32,000 nucleotides of DNA from Deinococcus radiodurans R1 = ATCC 13939 = DSM 20539 (GTDB lineage: Bacteria > Deinococcota > Deinococci > Deinococcales > Deinococcaceae): NCBI RefSeq assembly GCF_000008565.1, contig NC_001264.1, forward strand, positions 28,532 through 60,531. Direction: 5' to 3'. Shown here in pieces: positions 21,308-31,944 of the stretch (position 1 is its first letter; each line of letters begins with the position of its first letter). Made by a program: the position numbers and the translations under genes. The notes beneath the pieces were generated by a model, which ran no database searches, was not told the DNA's origin, and saw only the letters and a program-made list of their open reading frames with translations.

Positions 21308-22458
21308 GAGGTCCTCCGATGCGCCATCAGCACCAGCCCCACGCACACCCACCACAACTCGCTGAAGTGCGGGCTGGGCACGGCGATGACCACGTCCACT
21401 ACATTCATGGCCGTAAAGCCGTACAGCACCGCCAGGGTAAAGGGGTCGCCCAGTTGAATGGCTCGCCACAGTGCATATACCATAATGGCAAGCAAGCCGC
21501 TCAAGCCGATGATGCCGCTTTCCAGCAGCCAGTGCAGCCAGGCGTTGTGGGCAATTAGCCACACGCTGGACCAGCGGCTGAGTTGCTGAGGACACTCGAT
21601 CTTGTTGCGCTGTAAGGTGGGAGTGAGCTGACAGCCGTCCTTGAACAGGTAGGTTAGGTACGGCCCGCCCTGGTACGGTCCCACACCGCCCAGAGGTGAC
21701 GTTTCCCAGCCGCTTACTGCGTCTTGCCAGACATATTCACGCCCGCTGGTCTGGTCGTTGAGCAGGCGGTCAAGGGGCTTGAAGGGGACGTTGAGGCTGG
21801 TCGTCGCAAACGCTGCGAGCATCACCAGCACAGCGGGAAGCATGACCCAGACGCGCCGACGCTGGCCTCCGAAGGCAAGGGCGGCCAGTGAGCCGACCCC
21901 CAGCGCGAGCAGCGGCCCCCGGCTCCCGGCAGCAGCAAATGTCGCCAGCGCTAGCAGTCCGGCGGGCCAACGCCACCACGCCGCTGCGCCACGCCAGAAC
22001 ATCACTATCCACAGTGCCACCACCGCCACCAGCCCCAGCGATACGATGTAATAGTAGGGATGTCCCAGCCTTTCCTGAACCCCGGCCACGCCCTGGGTGC
22101 TGAGGGTATAGATCCAGGCCGTGACGAAGATGATCAGCTGGCCCCACAGCAGCGGTCGTAAGTGCCGGCTGTCGCGTAGATAGACGCCAGCGGCCACCAT
22201 CGCGAGGATCAACAGCGTGCGGGCAGCGGCCAATCCCACCGACAACAGCGGTGCCGGAGTGAAAAGGGCCGCGATCAGTTGGGTGGCGGCAAAGAAAAAC
22301 AGGACGCCGCGTGCCGCTTGCGGCAGAGTGCGCAAAGAACCCAGACAAGCCAGGGCAGCCAGGTAAAGCGGAGGAAAAACAGGGACCAGGGCAATCAGGC
22401 CACTGACCCAGCGGGGCAGGCGCCGCGACGAGGCGGGCCGCGTCGAAGAGGCGCTCAC
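21304..22458 (-). CDS. O-antigen ligase/polymerase family (Wzy_C domain) polytopic membrane protein, WaaL or O-oligosaccharyltransferase-like
   Basis: About 10 TM segments plus the characteristic '[17 protein letters not shown]' helix motif of the O-antigen-ligase domain. GTG start at 22458. Confidence 0.7.
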   Translation of the reverse strand: MSASSTRPASSRRLPRWVSGLIALVPVFPPLYLAALACLGSLRTLPQAARGVLFFFAATQLIAALFTPAPLLSVGLAAARTLLILAMVAAGVYLRDSRHLRPLLWGQLIIFVTAWIYTLSTQGVAGVQERLGHPYYYIVSLGLVAVVALWIVMFWRGAAAWWRWPAGLLALATFAAAGSRGPLLALGVGSLAALAFGGQRRRVWVMLPAVLVMLAAFATTSLNVPFKPLDRLLNDQTSGREYVWQDAVSGWETSPLGGVGPYQGGPYLTYLFKDGCQLTPTLQRNKIECPQQLSRWSSVWLIAHNAWLHWLLESGIIGLSGLLAIMVYALWRAIQLGDPFTLAVLYGFTAMNVVDVVIAVPSPHFSELWWVCVGLVLMAHRRTS

Positions 22459-22465
22459 ATGGCCG

Positions 22466-22471
22466 AGTATA
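22466..22471 (-). promoter_or_regulatory. -10-like TATACT, 7 nt upstream of the GTG of the WaaL-family gene (leaderless or near-leaderless promoter candidate)
   Basis: The minus strand reads ...aacgTATACTcggccatGTG. No SD sequence lies in between. Confidence 0.3.
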
Positions 22472-22511
22472 CGTTTCCCTGAACCTTTTTCGCTGCCGAG
22501 GGTGCCTCTGC

Positions 22512-22517
22512 TAGATT
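22512..22517 (+). promoter_or_regulatory. -10-like TAGATT upstream of the PGM/PMM gene
   Basis: ctgcTAGATTcggcgtGGAGAcacgATG. The hexamer lies 15 nt upstream of the ATG, and a GGAGA SD would sit in a very short leader. Confidence 0.3.
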
Positions 22518-22532
22518 CGGCGTGGAGACACG

Positions 22533-23954
22533 ATGCCTATCAAATTCGGAACCGACGGCTGGCGCGACATCATCGCTGAGGACTTTACCTTCGAAAATGT
22601 GCGGACGGTGGCGCGGGCTCATGCCCAGGTATTGCGGTCGTCAGGCGCCCGCTCGGTGGCGGTGGGCTTCGACACCCGCTTCCAGGGACAGGCGTTTGCC
22701 AGAGTGGTGGCTGAGGTGATGGCCGCGCAGGGACTCGACGTCTGGCTGGCACAGGACTATTTGCCGACGCCCGCACTGTCGTTTGCGGTGGTTCATCACG
22801 GTGCGGGAGGCGGCGTCATGATCACCGCGTCGCACAACCCACCGCAGTACAGCGGCTACAAAATCAAAGGAAGTTATGGGGGCAGCGCCACCCCAGCAGT
22901 CGTGGCGCAGGTCGAGGCTGCGCTGGCGACGGCGGAAAGCTACGATGGCCCACGCGGCGAGATAAGGCCCCTCGACATCCGGCAGGCGTACTACGAGCAG
23001 CTCGACCGGCAGCTTGATTTGGAGACCTTGCGCGAGTATCGAGGCAAAGTCATCCATGACCCGATGGGCGGCGCGGCCTGCGGCTGGCTGACCGGTTACG
23101 CCCAGCACGCGGGCCTTCAGCTCGAACTGGAGGAGATGCACGGACGCCCCGACCCCCTGTTTTACGGGGTCAACCCCGAGCCGATCCCTCAGAACCTCGG
23201 TGAATTGACGGAGAGGTTGACGCGCGAAAGTGCGCCCACCCTCGGCGTGATCACCGATGGGGATGCCGACCGGGTCGGGGCGATCACGGCAGGCGGCCAT
23301 TTCTTCAACAGCCACCAGATTTTCGCGGTGCTGATCAAGCATCTCTATGGCCGTGGTGTTCGGGGCCGGGTGGTCAAGACCGTCTCGGGCAGCCGAGTGA
23401 TCGAACTGCTGGCGGAAACACTCGGTCTGGAACTGCTGGAAACGCCCGTCGGCTTCAAATACATCACCGACGCCTTTCTGGAAGGGCAGCAAGACGAGAG
23501 CAAAGCGGTGCTCATGGGGGGCGAAGAATCTGGCGGCCTGTCTTCACGCGGACACATTCCTGAACGGGACGGCCTGCTCAACAGCCTCCTGATGATCGAA
23601 GCGGTGGCGGCGAGCGGTCAGAGCCTCGACGAGTTGTTCGCCGAAATTGAGCGTGAGGTAGGCTTTCGTCATGTCTACGACCGTGCTGACCTGCACCTGA
23701 GCGAGGCTTTCGACAAGTCGGCACTGATGCAGGCGGCGCAGGGATACCGGGAAGTCGCGGGTCAGGCGGTGACTGGAATCAAAACCACCGATGGCGTCAA
23801 ACTGGCGCTCGCGGGCGACGCTTCAGTAATGTTCCGCGCTTCGGGCACCGAGCCGGTGGTGCGCGTTTATGTAGAGGCGCAAACGCCGGAGATGGTACAG
23901 GCTGTACTGACCGAAGCTGTGCAGCGAGTTCGCAGTTTTGACCCCATGTCCTGA
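22533..23954 (+). CDS. Phosphoglucomutase/phosphomannomutase (alpha-D-phosphohexomutase superfamily)
   Basis: Active-site loop [13 protein letters not shown], metal loop DGDADR, sugar loop GGEESGG, phosphate-binding RASGTEP. Confidence 0.9.
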   Translation: MPIKFGTDGWRDIIAEDFTFENVRTVARAHAQVLRSSGARSVAVGFDTRFQGQAFARVVAEVMAAQGLDVWLAQDYLPTPALSFAVVHHGAGGGVMITASHNPPQYSGYKIKGSYGGSATPAVVAQVEAALATAESYDGPRGEIRPLDIRQAYYEQLDRQLDLETLREYRGKVIHDPMGGAACGWLTGYAQHAGLQLELEEMHGRPDPLFYGVNPEPIPQNLGELTERLTRESAPTLGVITDGDADRVGAITAGGHFFNSHQIFAVLIKHLYGRGVRGRVVKTVSGSRVIELLAETLGLELLETPVGFKYITDAFLEGQQDESKAVLMGGEESGGLSSRGHIPERDGLLNSLLMIEAVAASGQSLDELFAEIEREVGFRHVYDRADLHLSEAFDKSALMQAAQGYREVAGQAVTGIKTTDGVKLALAGDASVMFRASGTEPVVRVYVEAQTPEMVQAVLTEAVQRVRSFDPMS

Positions 23955-23975
23955 TCTCGACCGTTCAAAGCGCCC

Positions 23976-24899
23976 TCAGGGCAGCCGGCTGCTGAGCGCC
24001 TCAAAGTTGCCGCTTAGTTCATAGCGGCCTAGAGCAGCGGGGAGCAGCACCGACCCGTACTGTTGCAGCAACCACTGCTGCTTACCCACCCGAAGTGTGG
24101 CCTCACCACGAATGACGGTCAGGGCATGAAAGCTCTGGCCGGCGGTGTCGCGTTTTAGAGCCGTGTCAGCCGCAGCCAGTCTTTCGAGCACAAAGTAGTT
24201 GCAGCGCAGCAACTCCTGGGCTCCAACAGCAGTAGTCAGAGGACGCGTTTCGGCGGTAATGGGCCGTGACACCTCGGCGCTCTGGGAGAGATGCAAGGAA
24301 CGGCCTGCCGTCGCCGGACGGTCCCAGTCATAGATGCGGTAGGTGAGGTTGCTGCTCTGCTGAACCTCATAGAGTAGCAGCCCTGGCCCCAGTGCGTGCA
24401 CCGTGCCGGCGGGAATCATCAACGAGTCGCCGGCCTGCACCTCCGCGTACACCGCACGGTCAATCACCTGTCCAGCCAGAATGTCGCTGCGCAGGTCTTC
24501 AGAGTCCGTCTCAGGGGAAATACCGGCGATCAAGCGGGCGCCCGGTTCGGCGTCGAGAATGTGCCACGCCTCAGTCTTGCCCAGCCTCCCCGGGCCCTCG
24601 AGTCGCGCGGCCTGTTCGTCGTTGGGATGCACTTGCAAGCTGAGCCAGTCGGCACAGTCGAGCAGCTTGATGAGCAGAGGAAAGCGGGATTCCTGCGCCG
24701 CGCTGCCCAGCAGTTCAGTGGGAAATTCGGCGGCGAGGTCGGCGACGGTGCGACCCTGAAATGGTCCCGCTGCGACCACGTTGTCCTCGCCGATGGCCCA
24801 CAGCTCACCGACCGGCTGAGCAGAGTCGACGAGGCGTTGCCCGCCCCAGACACGTTCGACCGCTTTGGCGCGCAGTTGCAGGGGGCTCTGAAAAGACAT
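23976..24899 (-). CDS. manA: Mannose-6-phosphate isomerase, type I (Bacillus Pmi-like cupin)
   Basis: Motifs: FPLLIKLLD....LSLQVHPND, GKTEAWHIL, IPAGTVHALG.G.L.YE.QQSS.LTYR.YDWDR. Confidence 0.8.
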   Translation of the reverse strand: MSFQSPLQLRAKAVERVWGGQRLVDSAQPVGELWAIGEDNVVAAGPFQGRTVADLAAEFPTELLGSAAQESRFPLLIKLLDCADWLSLQVHPNDEQAARLEGPGRLGKTEAWHILDAEPGARLIAGISPETDSEDLRSDILAGQVIDRAVYAEVQAGDSLMIPAGTVHALGPGLLLYEVQQSSNLTYRIYDWDRPATAGRSLHLSQSAEVSRPITAETRPLTTAVGAQELLRCNYFVLERLAAADTALKRDTAGQSFHALTVIRGEATLRVGKQQWLLQQYGSVLLPAALGRYELSGNFEALSSRLP

Positions 24900-24905
24900 G
24901 AGCGA

Positions 24906-24911
24906 AGTCTA
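24906..24911 (-). promoter_or_regulatory. -10-like TAGACT, 6 nt upstream of the manA ATG (candidate leaderless internal promoter)
   Basis: The minus strand reads ...ctcccgTAGACTtcgctcATG. No SD is present. The gap to the bphR stop is 35 nt. Confidence 0.3.
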
Positions 24912-24934
24912 CGGGAGAGCCAGGCCACTTGCTT

Positions 24935-25384
24935 TTACTGCGGCTGGTACGTCTGCGGTATCGCCGCCGTCCCGAACCAGTAGGCCGTGAGGCGCTCGAT
25001 CAGTTGCAGGAAGTCTTCCAGGGTGCTCGGCTTGGTCAGGTACGAGTTGGCTTGCAGGGCGTAAGCCCGTTTGACATCGCTGGGGTCGTTGGAGGTGGTC
25101 AGGACGATGGCGGGTAGATGCGCGAGGTGCGGGTCGGCCCGCAGCGCCTGCAACAGCTCGAAGCCGTCCACCCGGGGCATGTTGAGGTCGAGCAGAATCA
25201 GGTCGGGAAAAGGGCCGCCCGTTTTGGCCTGCTCCAGCAGTTCCAGCGCCTCCAGGCCGTCACGCGCGACGAGCAGCTCGGTGTGGACAGAGGAATATTC
25301 CAGTGCCATTTCCATCAGGAAGATGTCGGCAGCATTGTCCTCAACCAGCAGCAGCCGCAGCGGGACAGAGGCGCGCTCAGGCAT
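24935..25384 (-). CDS. bphR: Single-domain CheY-like response regulator of the phytochrome operon
   Basis: Motifs: LLLVEDN, the phospho-acceptor context LILLDLNMP, LTTS and KP. The ATG at 25384 overlaps the bphP stop by 8 nt, and the ORF-track start at 25411 is less likely. Confidence 0.9.
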   Translation of the reverse strand: MPERASVPLRLLLVEDNAADIFLMEMALEYSSVHTELLVARDGLEALELLEQAKTGGPFPDLILLDLNMPRVDGFELLQALRADPHLAHLPAIVLTTSNDPSDVKRAYALQANSYLTKPSTLEDFLQLIERLTAYWFGTAAIPQTYQPQ

Positions 25385-27644
25385 CGGCGGCTCCCGGAAG
25401 AGGCCCAGCATCGGGCAGCCAGCAACGGAAGGTGCTGCCCTCGCCTGGCGCGGACTCCACGGTCAGGGTGCCGCCATGCAGTTCGGCGATCTTGCGGCAC
25501 AGCGGCAGGCCCAGGCCGTTGCCCAGCGCCTCATCGAGCGAACCGAGCCGCTGAAACAGCAGAAAGATTCGTTCCTGATACTCGGGCGCGATGCCAGCGC
25601 CCTGGTCACTGACCGCGATAGACCAACCCGCGCCTTGCCGTTCGGTCCTTACGGCAATACGCGGCTCCGGGCCACCAAACGTCAGCGCGTTGCCGATCAG
25701 ATGCAGCAGCAGGTCGCGCAGCAGGCCAGCGTCGGCAGCGATGACGGGCAACTCGGGCGCCACCTCGATGCTCGCTCCGGTGTCGGCAATGCGGGGTTCG
25801 AGGTCTTGCAGCACATCGTCCACCACGCGGCCCAGCGGCGTGGGGCGGCGCACCGGCGGCGGTGCCGAGAGCAGCGCGGTGTAGGTGTGGAGGTCTTGCG
25901 TCAGGCTGCGCAGGCGCGACGTTTCGCGCAGCAGAAAGCCGGTGATGCGCTCGGTCTGCGGAGAGTCCGGAGACCCGTCCTGGGCGCGGGGCTGGCGCGT
26001 CAGCAACTCGGCGAACTGCGAGATGAGCCGCACCGGCTCCTGCATGTGGTGGCTGATAACGAAGCCGTACTGCCGCCACTCGGCGTTCGACTGTGTGAGC
26101 GCCCGGTTGAGGTCACGAATCACGCTCAGGCGCTCGCCCAGCGCCCCGGTCAATGTGTCACGTAGATCCTGCGCCTCCTCGATTTCGCCGGGATGCCAGG
26201 GCTCGGCGTAGCCGCGTTTTTCTTCGAGGTAGGTGTCGAATGAGTGGCGCGGCCCGAGGTCGTCTTTCGCCTGGTCAGGAGTGGCCCCGCCCCAGGCGAC
26301 CTCCAGCCGCAGTTCGGGCCGCAGCCAGACGAGGCACTCCGACCAGCCCTCGCCCACGCTGATGGCGAGCAGGCCCGCTGCGCTGGGGGCGAGATCGGCG
26401 CCGGCGGGCCACAGTTGGCCCAGCGCGTCGGTCTGGACCAGGGCGCCCGGCTGGGTTTCGAGCCACGCCAGCAGCGCGTCCACCGCCGGGGCAGGCGGCA
26501 CTTCACCCAACGTCTGCCAGCGGCCCTCGAAACGCAGAATCAGGCCCCCGGCCCGCATCAGGCCCAGCAGGTCAAGCGCCGGGTCACTGAGGGTGTCGTG
26601 CGGCGAGAGCGAGTGCGCCGCCGCGAGGGCCACCCGCGCGTGGTGCTCCCGCAGGCTCTGGCGAAAGGCCGCCACGTCCGCCGCTTCCTTGACCTGAACT
26701 TGCAGGCTCAGCAAGCGGCCCAGGTATTCGAGCGTGGTTCGCAGGTCGGGCGGCAACACGTAGGGCGTCTGGTGGTGGCAGGCGATCAGGCCCCAGAGCT
26801 GGCCGCCGACCACCACCGACACCGACAGGCTCGACCCGACGCCCATGTTCCGCAGGTACTGCATGTGCATGGGCGAGGTGGCGCGCAGCACGGCGCCGCC
26901 CAGCGGGGTGGGCGCATTCGTCTGCGGGTTGAGGACGGGATCGAGCGGCACGGCGGCGGCGCGGGTGTCGGCGGTCAGGCGCAGCAGGTGCCGGGTGTAG
27001 AGCGCGCGGGCCTGCGCCGGAATGTCCGACGCGGGAAAACGGTGGCCCAGAAAGGCGTGCAGCCCCTCACGGCGGGCCTCGGCAATCACTTCGCCGGTGG
27101 CGTCGGGGGCAAATTTGTAGAGCATCACCCGGTCAAAGCCCGTCAGCTCGCGGACCGTCTGGGTCGCCACCTCGGCCAGCGCCCGCAGGTTGGGGGCACT
27201 TTCGAGCGCGAACATCGCGTTGCGCAGCGCGTGCGGCCCGGTGCTGTCCCAGGCCTCCGTCGGCTCGAATTCCAGAATCAGCAACTCGCCGACCCGGTGC
27301 ACCGTCAGCGAAAGGTGCCCGGCGGCAGGCCAGTCCAGCGTTGCGCGGTATTGCAGGGCGTCGGGGCAGCCGGGGGGCAGGGCCGCTTGCAGCGCGGGCC
27401 ACTGCTCGGGCAGCAGTGCGGCGAGGGTCTGTCCGCGCAGCACTGTGGGTTCCTGTCCCAGAAAAGTGGCCGCGTTGAGGCTCATCTGGAGCACCTCGCC
27501 GCTGTGCCCGTCGGCAGTGAGCAGGGCGCCGTGCGGCTGGATGCTGCCGGGAATATGAATCGGCTCGCGCTCGCAGTTCTCGGTGGTAATTTCCGGGCCA
27601 CCAAGGTAAAGCGGTGGAAAAAAGGGCAACGGGTCCCGGCTCAT
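25377..27644 (-). CDS. bphP: Bacteriophytochrome photoreceptor histidine kinase (PAS-GAF-PHY-HK), biliverdin-binding
   Basis: The N-terminus MSRDPLPFFPPLYLGGPEITTENCEREPIHIPGSIQPHG carries the biliverdin-attachment Cys in ENCE. It matches DrBphP from memory. GAF motifs: PASDIPAQAR and SPMHMQYL. HK motifs: H-box ISHHMQEP, N-box LIGNALTF, G boxes DQGAGI and GNGLGL. Confidence 0.97.
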   Translation of the reverse strand: MSRDPLPFFPPLYLGGPEITTENCEREPIHIPGSIQPHGALLTADGHSGEVLQMSLNAATFLGQEPTVLRGQTLAALLPEQWPALQAALPPGCPDALQYRATLDWPAAGHLSLTVHRVGELLILEFEPTEAWDSTGPHALRNAMFALESAPNLRALAEVATQTVRELTGFDRVMLYKFAPDATGEVIAEARREGLHAFLGHRFPASDIPAQARALYTRHLLRLTADTRAAAVPLDPVLNPQTNAPTPLGGAVLRATSPMHMQYLRNMGVGSSLSVSVVVGGQLWGLIACHHQTPYVLPPDLRTTLEYLGRLLSLQVQVKEAADVAAFRQSLREHHARVALAAAHSLSPHDTLSDPALDLLGLMRAGGLILRFEGRWQTLGEVPPAPAVDALLAWLETQPGALVQTDALGQLWPAGADLAPSAAGLLAISVGEGWSECLVWLRPELRLEVAWGGATPDQAKDDLGPRHSFDTYLEEKRGYAEPWHPGEIEEAQDLRDTLTGALGERLSVIRDLNRALTQSNAEWRQYGFVISHHMQEPVRLISQFAELLTRQPRAQDGSPDSPQTERITGFLLRETSRLRSLTQDLHTYTALLSAPPPVRRPTPLGRVVDDVLQDLEPRIADTGASIEVAPELPVIAADAGLLRDLLLHLIGNALTFGGPEPRIAVRTERQGAGWSIAVSDQGAGIAPEYQERIFLLFQRLGSLDEALGNGLGLPLCRKIAELHGGTLTVESAPGEGSTFRCWLPDAGPLPGAADA

Positions 27645-28248
27645 GCGTGGGCGACCTCAGGCACTTGGACCGCTTCAGCTTCCGACAGCCCCTGCAAGGC
27701 GCGGCGGAAGGCCCCGAAGGTCTGCCGCGCTCCCGCCACGACCTCTGCCGCGTCTTCTGCCGGCACGCTGGCTTCCAGCACTTCCCCGAACGAGCGCCAG
27801 CGCGGGCCGGTCTGGGGGCCATAGCCGGAGAAATAGGCGCTGCCCTGCTCAGGGCTTAGCCCCAGCGTGCGCCTGAGATGGCGGCTGATGAGCTGTCCGC
27901 CTAGCGTCGCGCCTTCAAGCACGTAAAGCGCTCCGAAGGCCTGCGCCAGAGTGGTCAGCTCGGGCACAGACAGTGGCGCCTGCTGATTTGACGGCCCTTC
28001 CCCCATTACGGCAAGGTCCAGAGCGAGCAGATGGCCTTGCGGCGCTCGGGCCACGCCAGCTCGTCCGGCAGCGGCAGGGCGTCGAGTTGTGCTTCCAGCG
28101 GCGCGACCACCGCTTGCAGGCGCCGCAGCACCTCCAGATAGCCCCGCCGGGTCAGCGTCTCACTCATCACGGGCATCAGGGCCTCGACCTCGCGGTGCAG
28201 GTCCAGGGTCTCCCTTTGTAAAAGCTTCATGATCATGAGTCGGAGCAC
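27641..28248 (-). pseudogene. bphO: BphO-type heme oxygenase split into two frames. This is an apparent 1-nt frameshift and could be a sequencing error, a real pseudogene, or recoding.
   Basis: The N-terminal fragment runs 28248->28006 (...QRETLDLHREVE...LPDELAWPERRK, then 8 out-of-frame codons and TAA). The C-terminal fragment continues to 27641 (GHLLALDLAVMGEG...GALYVLEGATLGGQLI...WRSF...). The frames overlap at 28006-28054. The C-terminal stop overlaps the bphP ATG (ATGA). Possible starts are GTG 28248, ATG 28236 and ATG 28230. Confidence 0.75.
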
Positions 28249-28363
28249 GTTATCACGCGTTGCCTTGCTGGGGGCCTTTCCCCGCTCTTTTTGGCTGTCC
28301 AGCGGGTCAGTTGCGGCCCCCGCGCCGGGTCAGGCAGGTCGCCGACGCAGGGAGCACCTGCCC

Positions 28364-28369
28364 TAGAAT
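28364..28369 (+). promoter_or_regulatory. -10 hexamer TAGAAT, 7 nt upstream of the thiolase ATG (leaderless promoter candidate)
   Basis: ccCTAGAATagagatcATG. No SD is present, and no good -35 lies at 17-nt spacing. Confidence 0.35.
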
Positions 28370-28376
28370 AGAGATC

Positions 28377-29641
28377 ATGCCTCCAACTTCAGATCGTGAC
28401 GTGGTCATCGTCGCTGCCGTTCGCACACCCATCGGGGCCATTCGGGGGTCGCTCGCCACCGTGCGCCCCGACGACCTCGCCGCGCTGGTGATCCGTGAGG
28501 TCGTGGCCCGCAGCGGGGTGCCCGCCACTGAAATCGAAGAAGTCATCTTCGGCTGCGCCAACCAGGCCGGCGAAGACAACCGCAACGTCGCCCGCATGGC
28601 CGCGCTGCTCGCCGGGCTGCCCGAAACGGTGGCCGGCGTGACGGTCAACCGGCTGTGCGCCTCGGGCCTCGCAGCGGTGAACATGGCCGCCCGCGCCATT
28701 CGCAACGGGGACGGCGACGTGTACGTGGTGGGCGGCGTCGAGAGCATGACCCGCGCTCCGCTGAGCATGCCCAAGGGCAGCGCGGCCTTCGCCAACGGCA
28801 ACGTGACCGCCTACGACACCACCCTCGGCTGGCGCTACCCCAACCCGGCGATGGAAGCGCTCTTTCCCCTCGAAGCGATGGGGGAGACGGCGGAAAACAT
28901 CGTGGGGCGCAGCCGCGAGGGGGCTTACGCAGGCGGCGAAATCACCCGCGAGCAGCAGGACGCCTTCGCGCTGGAGTCGCAGCGCCGGGCGGTGGCGGCC
29001 ATCAACGCGGGCAAGTTCAAGGACGAGATCGTGCCGGTGGAAATCAAGGGCCGCAAGGGCGTGACCGTGTTCGACACCGACGAGCACCCGCGCATGAAAA
29101 AAGGTGCCGAGAGCTACGAACTGGCGACCGATCCGGACACGCTCGCCGGTCTTAAACCAGCTTTCCGCAAGGGCGGCAGCGTGACGGCGGGCAACGCTTC
29201 GGGCCTCAACGACGGGGCGGCGGCGCTGGTGCTGATGAGCGCGGAGCGGGCACGCGCCCTCGGGGTCAAGCCGCTGGCCCGCTGGGTGGGCGGCGCGGCG
29301 GCGGGCGTCGAGGCGCGGGTGATGGGCCTGGGTCCCATTCCCGCCACCCGCAAGCTGCTGGAGCGCACCGGGGTGCAGAAGGACGACCTCGACCTCATTG
29401 AACTCAACGAGGCGTTCGCGGCGCAGGCCCTCGCGTGTATGCGTGAACTCGACCTCGACCCCGAGAAGGTCAATGTCAACGGCGGTGCCGTCGCCCTGGG
29501 ACATCCCCTCGGCATGAGCGGGGCGCGGCTGGTCGTTGCCCTGACCCACGAACTCGGGCGGCGACAGGGGCGCTACGGCCTGGCGACGCTGTGCGTGGGC
29601 GTCGGGCAGGGGGAGGCGGCCCTGATCGAGCGGGTCGCGGA

Positions 29642-29645
<4 letters not shown>
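28377..29645 (+). CDS. Acetyl-CoA C-acetyltransferase / 3-ketoacyl-CoA thiolase
   Basis: Motifs: [12 protein letters not shown], the active-site Cys in [38 protein letters not shown]. The ORF-track start at 28260 is an upstream extension. Confidence 0.9.
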
Positions 29646-30971
<1,326 letters not shown>

Positions 30972-30985
<14 letters not shown>

Positions 30986-31874
30986 GGGCACTGACCTGCC
31001 GCGCGTGCTGGTCGTCGGCAGCGCCAACCTCGACTTCGTGACCAGGCTGTCGCACCTGCCCGCGCCCGGTGAAACCGTACTGGGCGAGTCGTACACCACC
31101 GCGCCCGGCGGCAAGGGGGCGAATCAGGCGGTGGCCTGCGCCCGCGCCGGGGGAGCAGTCGCCTTCTGCGGGGCGCTGGGCACGGACCCCTTCGCCGAAC
31201 CGCTGCTCGCCTCGCTGCGCGAAAGTGGGGTGCAGGACTGGACTGTGCGCGCATCTACCCCGACAGGCGCGGCCTTTATCAGCGTGTCGGAGGCGGGCGA
31301 AAACTGCATCGCGGTGGCGTCCGGCGCGAATGGCACGCTGCGCCCCGAGCAACTGCCCCCGCTGACCGGGGTGGGTTGGCTGGTGCTGCAACTCGAAATC
31401 CCGCTGGAGACCGTGCAGGCCGCCGCTCAGGCGGCGCGGGAGGCGGGCGCCCAGGTGGTGCTCAACGCCGCGCCCGCCCGGACGCTGCCCCCCGAACTGC
31501 TGCGGCTGGTGGACGTGCTCATCGTCAACGAGGGTGAATTGCGGACGCTGATCGGGGCCACCGACCTGCGCGCAGGCGTGCGGCAGGCCCAGGCGAGTGG
31601 CCCGCGCACGGTGGTCGTCACCCTGGGAGAACGCGGCTGTCTAGCACTGAGCGGCGACGACTGGACCGAGCTGCCGGCCCTGCCCGTGCCGGTGCGCGAC
31701 ACGACCGGCGCGGGTGACACTTTCGTGGGCGTGCTCGTCGCAGCGCTGAGCCGAGGAGAGCCGTTCGCCGCTGCGCTGCGCTGGGCGGTGGCGGGCAGTG
31801 CCCTCGCCTGCACCCGTGAGGGCGCCCAGCCGGCGATGCCAGGGCGAGAGGAGATTCAAGCAAATCTGGGGTAA
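30972..31874 (+). CDS. rbsK: Ribokinase (PfkB family carbohydrate kinase)
   Basis: Motifs: [20 protein letters not shown] and [11 protein letters not shown]. The gene overlaps the CoA-transferase 3' end by 14 nt. Confidence 0.8.
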
Positions 31875-31887
31875 AGCCAATGAGGAC

Positions 31888-31916
31888 TTGATCTGCCCGC
31901 GAAAGGATGGTAGATT
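31888..31916 (+). promoter_or_regulatory. Sigma70-like promoter for the tRNA gene: -35 TTGATC, 17-nt spacer, extended -10 TGgTAGATT
   Basis: TTGATC lies at 31888-31893 and TAGATT at 31911-31916. The mature tRNA 5' end follows about 34 nt downstream. Confidence 0.4.
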
Positions 31917-31944
31917 CTTCGCCGCACCCATGAAGGGTGAACAA

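Noticed and set aside
20387-21595. N-terminal extensions in the ORF track. Cases: 402-aa version of the tail-anchored protein, 1701 for the aminotransferase, 4943 for rmlA-long, 6257 for manC, 8894 for the priming transferase, 19077 for rfbC, 25411 for bphR, 28260 for the thiolase, 29591 for the CoA-transferase, and 30969 for the ribokinase-family kinase.
   Set aside because: The extensions overlap the preceding gene in another frame, or lack SD or promoter context. Internal starts give canonical family N-termini, SD sequences, or stop/start overlaps.
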